Both the position numbers and the translations under genes were made by a program. Source: Candidatus Thorarchaeota archaeon (GTDB lineage Archaea; Asgardarchaeota; Thorarchaeia; Thorarchaeales; Thorarchaeaceae). Taken from it: a stretch of DNA of 27,370 nt. Below the pieces are notes generated by a model that saw nothing but the letters and a program-made list of their open reading frames with translations, was not told where the DNA came from and searched no databases. The stretch spans positions 1 to 27,370 of the forward strand of contig JBHLRP010000046.1 in the NCBI GenBank assembly GCA_048882485.1. The letters are read 5' to 3'. This document shows, piece by piece, positions 18,787-25,563 of the stretch; the stretch's first letter is position 1; every line of letters starts with the position of its first letter.

Positions 18787-21179
18787 AAAATCAGAAATCC
18801 AGTAGCAATAGCAACAATAGCTACTAGAATTCCTGAGTAGACCAATCTAATTGATTGAAGTCCTATTGGCTGTGCCATTTGAACTGCGATTTCTAATTCT
18901 GATAGCATTCCAAATATCGATTGCAGAGAATCATAGTAATTACTGGGATTACTGACATTCGCGTAATGTGTGATGCTTTGGTGTAGATCTTCAGCCGCTT
19001 CCATTAAGAGACTGTATATTTCAGGATATTCTTCTTGTCGATTACCTGTTGAAGCAACAACGAAGTCCATTGTGCTGACTGCTTCTTTCCAATATTGTGG
19101 AATGAAACCTCTCTGGAGCGTATCAACGTCAAACACTGAGAGATGGTGACAGCCGTCCTGAGCGTAGCTCATAAGACCGTATGGGAACGCCCACAACCAG
19201 TGTTCATTCCATGTCCACTCCATTCTACTGGACGCATGATCATAGTTGCCCCAGGAAAATGCATCATGTGGGTGCCTTAATCCTAGAGCATGACCCGCCT
19301 CATGCATGGTGACATGAGTAAAGCCCAAAGTCCTATCCACATATGCTAAAATGGCTGCATCAAAACTTGGAGCAATAGTTCCGTTATCTTCAAAGACAAT
19401 GTGGTACTGTCCATGGATACGAATAGGAACTGAAACCGACACATTACCTGAGAGAGTTGATAGGCTACCAAGCGTGTTATTCAGAATTTCAGTAAAGGAT
19501 AGCGATTGTGTATATCTTTGGTAGTTATATTCATCGAGAAAGAAGACTTTCAAGGTGCCTTGATTTACTACAACTGACAATTCAGCGTTCATATGAGTGT
19601 CCCCGATATTTCCTTCGAGTCCAAGATATTCTAGAAGATCAATGTGATTTCCTTGAGGGATTTCACAATCAGTAGCAACCAATTTCATATACTTGAAAGC
19701 ATGTTCTGGATTCAAGGAAGCTGCCTCCTGTCGTACTATGAGAAAGGCATGCTCACCTGCACTATTCGTTATCTCTCCACTTGCGGAAGGATCAAAGTCC
19801 CAACCTGCTGGAAGTGCGAATAGAAACTCTCGGATTACTAGTTGCTCTGGGGTTGTAGCATTAAACAATGAAGTGTATCGGTTAAGCAAGTATTGGATAA
19901 TCCGTTCCCGATCATAGGTATGAGCTTCAGAATTGGTGCTGTCTTGGAGGATTGATGCAAAACTAGAATCGGATTCCCAATCCCATTCAGTGAGAGAATA
20001 AGTCCAATCGATTTGAGGATTTACTTGTTTAAACTCAGTAACTATGTATTCACAATCGAGACTTGTGCGGAAGTCATAATACGTGGGATCGAGATCTATA
20101 GTAAGTATTTCGAACTTCACTTCTTTAAACTTGGAAATACTCTGATGACTGGTTCCATAGAGTGGTAAATAATAGTAGGAAGGCAGAAGCTTACATTCCA
20201 CCGCCTTAGCAATATACTTGACCAAATCTTGGGTGAGTGCTTCTTGGGGATTGGTTCTATCTTCATATGTCCAAATGGGGGGAACATTTTCCTGAGTCAC
20301 ACTGTTCACATTAGGTGCCGCGCCTAGGGGAGGACCAGTGTAATAAGTTGGACCCGCTGAGAGGTCCAGCCACAGCAATCGAGACTGCTTCCCACCTCCA
20401 GCGATTTGATAGGTTGATTGCCAAGGCATTGAGATGGAGGTGTAGCCGTTAATCTCAGCATCTATCTCATTCTCTGATGAATTATAGTAATAGGGATGAT
20501 GGCCAGCTGGGTCGAATGAATAGGTGTCTATGATGATCAAAGTGGGAGTAGGGTCAGAAATGATGTTCTCGGTGATATAGGTCTCAATAAGACTTGAGGG
20601 AGCGTAGTAAGCCCTAGGGTGGTCCAGATTGATAAACCAAGGCGAGCAATCCTCCCTTGAATTTTCATAAAGATAGGCCCGATAGGCTTGGACATGGCTA
20701 AGACCAAGATATGATATGTCATAGGACAATGAGAAATTCATATCGTAGATCAATTGGTCTAATAGGCCATAATGGAGTGTGTTGATTGGCGCATACCATT
20801 GTGGGAGAGCACCAACAAGTGAGTCCTCAGAAATTCTTGTTTCATCGATACCCAAGAATACTATATTGATGTCATAATTCATGTGTTCGGGGAGGACTGG
20901 CAAAGCGAAAGATTCCTGAGCTACATCAAGGTTTCTATATTCTGCTAGTGCGGTCGAATCCGATGGCTTAATGCTGGTAGGTGAACTACTTCGAGTTTCG
21001 GATGCAAGGACCGCAAACCCGTTCGTAAGCAGAAGGATAATGACAACTGCGCCTAAGATGATTTTGCTCGAATCTTGAGATTCTAGATTTGGAAATCCCA
21101 TAGACATGATAATCACGTGAACTATGGAATACTTGAATATCAGAACTCGTGAACTCCCTAGTTGGTTTTTCATATTCAT
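18759..21179 (-). CDS. Secreted, membrane-anchored zinc metalloprotease (metzincin)
   Basis: HEAGHALGLRHPHD (HExxHxxGxxH) and a Met-turn-like LMSY. N-terminal hydrophobic signal, C-terminal TM and RRRR tail. The true start may be downstream (MSMGFP). Confidence 0.82.
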   Translation of the reverse strand: MNMKNQLGSSRVLIFKYSIVHVIIMSMGFPNLESQDSSKIILGAVVIILLLTNGFAVLASETRSSSPTSIKPSDSTALAEYRNLDVAQESFALPVLPEHMNYDINIVFLGIDETRISEDSLVGALPQWYAPINTLHYGLLDQLIYDMNFSLSYDISYLGLSHVQAYRAYLYENSREDCSPWFINLDHPRAYYAPSSLIETYITENIISDPTPTLIIIDTYSFDPAGHHPYYYNSSENEIDAEINGYTSISMPWQSTYQIAGGGKQSRLLWLDLSAGPTYYTGPPLGAAPNVNSVTQENVPPIWTYEDRTNPQEALTQDLVKYIAKAVECKLLPSYYYLPLYGTSHQSISKFKEVKFEILTIDLDPTYYDFRTSLDCEYIVTEFKQVNPQIDWTYSLTEWDWESDSSFASILQDSTNSEAHTYDRERIIQYLLNRYTSLFNATTPEQLVIREFLFALPAGWDFDPSASGEITNSAGEHAFLIVRQEAASLNPEHAFKYMKLVATDCEIPQGNHIDLLEYLGLEGNIGDTHMNAELSVVVNQGTLKVFFLDEYNYQRYTQSLSFTEILNNTLGSLSTLSGNVSVSVPIRIHGQYHIVFEDNGTIAPSFDAAILAYVDRTLGFTHVTMHEAGHALGLRHPHDAFSWGNYDHASSRMEWTWNEHWLWAFPYGLMSYAQDGCHHLSVFDVDTLQRGFIPQYWKEAVSTMDFVVASTGNRQEEYPEIYSLLMEAAEDLHQSITHYANVSNPSNYYDSLQSIFGMLSELEIAVQMAQPIGLQSIRLVYSGILVAIVAIATGFLILRRRRSVAM

Positions 21180-21232
21180 GCTTGATTAAATTCCCGAAAA
21201 ACCAACCACACCCTTTGCTTTTGTGCAAATTC

Positions 21233-21376
21233 AAATAGAAAGAAAGGATAGAAGGAGCAAGACTGGCGCACCCTTGCGGGGCTGTCCAACCCAGTCCAAG
21301 TCTTTGCGACCGGGTCTTCATCCGCCGCCAGTCACGAGCTCCTTCCTGACTATCTCGCGACACTCCCCATCATCAT
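21233..21376 (-). repeat. Copy 2 of the vhuU-3'-end/SECIS/terminator module
   Basis: Ungapped match of 21241-21376 to 22401-22536 (hand count 111/136 identical). Encodes DDGECREIVRKELVTGGG*, identical to VhuU, with four third-position synonymous changes. Confidence 0.93.
21284..21321 (-). ncRNA. Orphan eukaryote-like SECIS element (copy 2)
   Basis: AUGAA-GACCCGGUC-GC-AAA-GACUUG-GACUGGGUU-GGAC: 9/9 helix II positions pair (including GU), with AAA at the same spacing. Confidence 0.75.
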
Positions 21377-21470
21377 AGATCAGCCGGACTGAATGAAATA
21401 TAGGCTTAAATGCGTTCGAGTGGTGACACGATGAATGTTTAATCTAAAGAATATATGAGGATTAATAACA

Positions 21471-22283
21471 ATGCCATTTTTTGACAATGAAGGAGTTAGA
21501 ATATATTATGAAATTGAAGGGGGAGGGCCACCTGTGATAATGATTCATGGATTTGCCGCAAATATCGAAGCTAATTGGAAAGCTACGAATTGGGTAGATG
21601 TTCTTAAGGATGATTATAGATTGGTACTTGTAGATTGTCGTGGGCACGGGAAAAGCGACAAACCCAAAGATCCTGCTCAGTATGGAGAGAAGATGAACGA
21701 TGACATCGTTAAATTGCTTGATCATTTATCTATTGAGAGGGCTAATTTCTTCGGATATTCTATGGGGGCACGAATGACTACAGATATTTTGCTTCAAAAG
21801 CAAGAACGCTTCATTAGTGCTATTATTGGAGGATTCCCACTCTACTATCCTAAAAGAAGTACAAAACTCATGGCTAAAGTAATGATGAAAAGATGGATAA
21901 AAGGTTTAAAAAAAGCAAATCTTGATGATGTCAACGATAAAGCAGCTTTAAGATTCCGAAAGAGAATTTCACAATATCCTGACTCTCAATCACAAGATCT
22001 TGAAGCTTTAGTTTATGTTTTGGAAGGGGATATTCAACGTCCAGATGGTATACTCCCAACTGATCCTGAAAGGAAAGAAGCTCTTAGAAAGGTCAATGTG
22101 CCAGTTATGGCCGTTTACGGAGCTGATGACGATGTTATTAAAAGAGGTAAATCCACAGGAGCTCAATTAGTACCAGGTTCTTGTCAATTCCAAATCGAAG
22201 GAAAAGACCATATTACTGTTGTCGCAGATCCCAAATTTCACATGGTCGTAAAGGCTTTTTTGGATTTCGTAAACAAGAAATAG
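21471..22283 (+). CDS. Alpha/beta-fold hydrolase (Abhydrolase_1)
   Basis: 'G.GPPVIMIHGF', 'DCRGHGKS', nucleophile elbow GYSMG, acid residue in 'GADD' and catalytic His in 'DHI'. Confidence 0.9.
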   Translation: MPFFDNEGVRIYYEIEGGGPPVIMIHGFAANIEANWKATNWVDVLKDDYRLVLVDCRGHGKSDKPKDPAQYGEKMNDDIVKLLDHLSIERANFFGYSMGARMTTDILLQKQERFISAIIGGFPLYYPKRSTKLMAKVMMKRWIKGLKKANLDDVNDKAALRFRKRISQYPDSQSQDLEALVYVLEGDIQRPDGILPTDPERKEALRKVNVPVMAVYGADDDVIKRGKSTGAQLVPGSCQFQIEGKDHITVVADPKFHMVVKAFLDFVNKK

Positions 22284-22392
22284 CCCAATACCGATTTTTC
22301 GGATTAATTCACCTAAGAGAAATTCCATAATGCTATACCATTGTATAGAGCAGGTTATATTCAGTAATGCCCGGGCTACCCTAAGTTGTATT

Positions 22393-22536
22393 GAAGAAAG
22401 AGAAAGGATGGAAGGAGTGTGACGGGCACACCCGAGCAGGGTTGTCAAGCCCGGTCCGTTCGTTTACGACCGCGCCTTCATCCGCCGCCGGTCACTAGCT
22501 CCTTCCTGACTATCTCCCGACACTCCCCGTCATCAT
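22393..22536 (-). repeat. Copy 1 (functional) of the vhuU-3'-end/SECIS/terminator module
   Basis: Forms the real 3' end and 3' UTR of vhuU and ends in the pyrimidine tract CCUUUCUCUUUCUUC. Confidence 0.93.
22444..22481 (-). ncRNA. Eukaryote-like SECIS element of vhuU
   Basis: AUGAA-GGCGCGGUC-GU-AAA-CGAACG-GACCGGGCU-UGAC: AUGA/GA kink-turn core, helix II and apical AAA 11 nt from the core. Lies ~93 nt downstream of the in-frame UGA at 22574-22576. Confidence 0.88.
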
Positions 22537-22642
22537 CTTCCTCAACGACGACGAAATGAGCGCCGCATGATAGTCAGCAGTCGTAGCACCGCACAACCAT
22601 CTCGACGAGGTTGAGCAGTCCTTCTGGTATTTCTTCAGTCAT
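22478..22642 (-). CDS. vhuU: F420-non-reducing [NiFeSe]-hydrogenase small selenopeptide VhuU (54 aa, Sec at codon 23)
   Basis: Hand translation: MTEEIPEGLLNLVEMVVRCYDC-U-LSCGAHFVVVEEDDDGECREIVRKELVTGGG*. Supplies the D-x-U-x-S-C-x-x-H L2 motif missing from VhuA. Starts 11 nt after the vhuA stop with a GGTGTGA RBS-like sequence and is followed by a SECIS. Confidence 0.93.
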
Positions 22643-22653
22643 GTATCACACCG

Positions 22654-23970
22654 TTATCTCTTCACCATAGGCTCTGGGAGCTTCAAGCTCTCGTGAGCCT
22701 TGTCTTCGAAAATCTGCTTTGCTGCGACCATGAGAGACTTCTCTATGCCCGCAATGTTGTTGTTAGTGGCGACGACGAGGTTCGCTTTAGTGAGCATCCC
22801 CTCGTCGTCTGAGATGTAGTTATGCATGAGAATGCCTCGAGGCGCCTCCACGATACCTACTCCGTCTCCCGCTTTAGGTTCTACATTGGAGAGTTTCACA
22901 TCTGTGCTGACAATGTCGGGATCTTTGAGCAAAGTGGCAATCCATTCGAATGCTTGTACTAACTCCACAATCCTCGCATAGTGATACGCAAAGGTGTGGT
23001 GTGAAGGTCTACCTACCAGCTCTCTCATTTCCTTAAGCGCCGCGTCTGCCAGAGGAGTCGCCATCTTTTCATTGACGTTACACCGGGCGAGGGTGTTTGC
23101 ACGCCATATGCCGTCGGGGTATCCTGCTGGCTTATAGTACATGTGAGTTGCATAGCTGTGTTTCGCTACATGTTCACCATAGTACTTTGTGTAGTCCTTT
23201 GGCTCGAAATCTGCAACTATATCGCCGCCTGGCTCTTGCACTCGTACAGTACCATCATAAATGTCAAGTTCTCCTTTGTTTGAGAGACCTATGTAATAGG
23301 TTGGAACTACAGCGACCTTGGTGATCACATCCAGATAGTCTGTTACCACCTTCTTTGCAAGGTCGACTGTATTCAATGTAAGTTGCTGAATCTCTTCGAG
23401 TCGTCCAATGAAGAAGTCACGGTCTTCCTCCGCCATTGATGTTAGCATTCCACCGGGAATTCCTGTAGTCGGATGGACAGCTTTTGCACCGATGACTCTG
23501 ATTAGCTCCTGACCAAACTCCATCATTTTGATTGCTTGAACAGCTACGTCAGGCAGGTCTCTCAACACGGCTGCTACATTTCTATCCGCAGGGTTCGCAA
23601 ACGGCCCATATACAAAGTCAGGAGCGGCAAGTGCATAGAAATGGATTGCATGCGACGAGAACTGCTTTGCCTCTATCATCAACCTACGTAGTTTGATTGC
23701 AGCAGGAGGAGGCGTAATATCCCATGCCGCCTCAACAGCCTTGATTGATGCAAGATGATGAGGAATCGGGCAGATGCCGCAAATTCTAGGAGCAATCCGT
23801 GGAGCCTCCTCCATGGGGCGTCCCTCTAGGAATTTCTCAAAGAACCTCGTGCTATTCACGTTGAATTGCACATCTTTGACCTTGCCATCCTTGCCTAGTT
23901 TGAGTGTCAATGAGCCATGACCCTCAAGCCGAGTCACTGGATCAATTCGAATGGTTTTCTCATCTGTCAT
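22654..23970 (-). CDS. vhuA: F420-non-reducing (group 3c) hydrogenase large subunit VhuA/MvhA, lacking the C-terminal L2 motif
   Basis: 'IDPVTRLEGHG', 'RFFEKFL.GRP', L1 motif RICGIC, 'EAPRG.L.H.Y', 'NLVVAT.NN'. Ends without DPCxxC, which marks the split VhuA/VhuU type. Confidence 0.92.
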   Translation of the reverse strand: MTDEKTIRIDPVTRLEGHGSLTLKLGKDGKVKDVQFNVNSTRFFEKFLEGRPMEEAPRIAPRICGICPIPHHLASIKAVEAAWDITPPPAAIKLRRLMIEAKQFSSHAIHFYALAAPDFVYGPFANPADRNVAAVLRDLPDVAVQAIKMMEFGQELIRVIGAKAVHPTTGIPGGMLTSMAEEDRDFFIGRLEEIQQLTLNTVDLAKKVVTDYLDVITKVAVVPTYYIGLSNKGELDIYDGTVRVQEPGGDIVADFEPKDYTKYYGEHVAKHSYATHMYYKPAGYPDGIWRANTLARCNVNEKMATPLADAALKEMRELVGRPSHHTFAYHYARIVELVQAFEWIATLLKDPDIVSTDVKLSNVEPKAGDGVGIVEAPRGILMHNYISDDEGMLTKANLVVATNNNIAGIEKSLMVAAKQIFEDKAHESLKLPEPMVKR

Positions 23971-24890
23971 TTCGTCTTCGCCTCCTCGCGCTTGATTCTC
24001 ATTCTTCCAAGGTGACTAGTAGCATAGTCGAACCTCCAGAAAGTCCCCAACGGGTCTTTCACTTGTTCCGCTAACTTCTCGGGCTCAATTGGTGCATATG
24101 ATCCTAGCATCGAAATTGATGCTGCGCCATGGTCCTGCGTAACTGGGGGCGGTGGACCAAAGCATCCACGACAAGTGGCACCCTTGTTCACGCACTGACC
24201 TTCACACAGACCCCAGGTTGAAGAGCCTACGCAAATATAGCCTTGTTCCAGTAGGCATCTGTCTGGGTCAGCAATCCCTTGATATGGTCGTAGAATCTCA
24301 TCGATAGGAGTGTCCTTCTTCTCTCGATTGCAATAGTGGCACACAGTATGTGGCGGAAGGTCTATGGGCTTGCCTGAGAGAAGTGCACTCACTGCTGTGT
24401 AGATGAGGTCAGGAGTGGGCGGACAGCCGGGAAGGTAGATATCGATGTCTACAAAATCAGAGTTTGGCCTCACCACGGGGGCTATTCCAGGCAAGTTCTC
24501 ATGGGGAACCTCCCCATCCTTCACGGTCTTATTGTTCCTGAATTTGACATCATAGCACTCCTCGATATCAGAGAAATTGGCCAGACTTGGTATCCCACCA
24601 AAGCATGAGCATGAACCGAAAGCTATCAGTATCTGACATTTCTCGCGCATTACCTTCAGCAAATGAATATCCTCCTCAGTTCTTGCCATTCCCTCGTAGA
24701 GGCCCACAACGATTGATTTGTCTTCATAGCTCTCTAGATGATGAAGCTTGAAGTCTGCAACTGCTTGCCAGTATTTGATCTCCAGCGCTGGAAGGACCTC
24801 CGCCAATCGAAGGTGGATATCCACTAGACTCTGGAAGCAACCCCAGCAGCTCGAACCTTGGCCCATTGCAATTGGAACTGGATTTGCCAT
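23967..24890 (-). CDS. vhuG: F420-non-reducing hydrogenase small subunit VhuG/MvhG
   Basis: 'SSCWGC', 'AFGSCSCFGGIP', 'LPGCPP', 'VCHYC.R', 'CLLEQGYIC.G', 'CRGCFGP'. ATGA overlap with vhuA. Confidence 0.92.
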   Translation of the reverse strand: MANPVPIAMGQGSSCWGCFQSLVDIHLRLAEVLPALEIKYWQAVADFKLHHLESYEDKSIVVGLYEGMARTEEDIHLLKVMREKCQILIAFGSCSCFGGIPSLANFSDIEECYDVKFRNNKTVKDGEVPHENLPGIAPVVRPNSDFVDIDIYLPGCPPTPDLIYTAVSALLSGKPIDLPPHTVCHYCNREKKDTPIDEILRPYQGIADPDRCLLEQGYICVGSSTWGLCEGQCVNKGATCRGCFGPPPPVTQDHGAASISMLGSYAPIEPEKLAEQVKDPLGTFWRFDYATSHLGRMRIKREEAKTK

Positions 24891-24892
24891 CT

Positions 24893-25126
24893 CTAGACCT
24901 CCCTTAGTTGGAAGACGAGTTCATGATGCTCTTCTCCAGCAATTTCTACATCGCCCCACCGAAGTAGACCAAGGAGGTTCCACATGAGCACCTTCTTGTC
25001 AATCTCTGTTTTCTCGCTGATTGTGTTGACACTAGCTGGTCCTTCCTTTAGTGATTCAAGAATGGACTTCCTCTGTCGTGTTACAACAGCATAGTTCTGG
25101 TCAAAGTACATCGTGAACTCTGTCAT
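24893..25126 (-). CDS. Small winged-helix (ArsR-like fold) protein within the vhu operon
   Basis: 'RKSILESLKEGPASVNTISEKTEIDKKVLMWNLLGLLRWGDVE' fits a wHTH pattern. ATG 25126 overlaps the vhuD stop (ATGA); 2 nt gap to vhuG. Confidence 0.75.
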   Translation of the reverse strand: MTEFTMYFDQNYAVVTRQRKSILESLKEGPASVNTISEKTEIDKKVLMWNLLGLLRWGDVEIAGEEHHELVFQLREV

Positions 25127-25563
25127 ACCCATGACCTCCCTATTGGACCAACTTCTTTCACTTGTTCTATTAGCTTAGCGACCCCATCCGCGAAGATCTG
25201 GGCCTCAGAGGCGCTTGCCCATTGAAGCCGAATTCGCCTCGGGTCAATGCCAGCCTGCTTCACGGCTTCAGCCATAATCGCCCATCTCGCTCGGAGTTTG
25301 AGGTTTCCGGAGGTATAATGGCAATCTCCGGGGTGGCATCCTGACACTAGCACTCCATCAGCACCCTGGTTCAGTGCACTGAGAATGAACTCGATATCGA
25401 TGCGACCTGTGCAGTTCACCCGAATGATCCGTGCATTTGGAGGATACTGAATCCTGCTAGTACCAGCTAGGTCAGCCCCCGCATACGAGCACCAGTTGCA
25501 GCAGAATGCCACAATTCGGGGCTCCCATTCAGTATCCGCTTTCACTTTTGCCGCAGTAGTCAT
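25123..25563 (-). CDS. mvhD: Hydrogenase iron-sulfur delta subunit MvhD/VhuD (Cys form)
   Basis: 'EPRIVAFCCNWCSYAGADLAG.SR.QYP', 'CTGRID', 'GADGVLVSGCHPGDCHY..GN', 'WASASEA'. Start ATG 25563 overlaps the hdrA stop (TGATG). Confidence 0.93.
   Translation of the reverse strand: MTTAAKVKADTEWEPRIVAFCCNWCSYAGADLAGTSRIQYPPNARIIRVNCTGRIDIEFILSALNQGADGVLVSGCHPGDCHYTSGNLKLRARWAIMAEAVKQAGIDPRRIRLQWASASEAQIFADGVAKLIEQVKEVGPIGRSWV

Noticed and set aside
20986-21363. 125-aa minus-strand ORF (also 18502-18840 + and 22167-22448 -) crossing the repeats
   Set aside because: These are off-frame or antisense readings of the repeat and neighbouring genes, with no recognisable protein features.
21377-21460. 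A second intact vhuU upstream of copy 2
   Set aside because: The frame reads ...FKPIFHSVRLIYDDGEC with no ATG before an upstream TAG and no DxUxSC motif. Only the 3' fragment is present.
18645-22536. Repeats interpreted as a CRISPR array, IS ends or tRNA fragments
   Set aside because: Units are ~140 bp, diverged and separated by kilobase genes. There is no transposase, cas gene or cloverleaf, and the units are explained as vhuU 3' end + SECIS.
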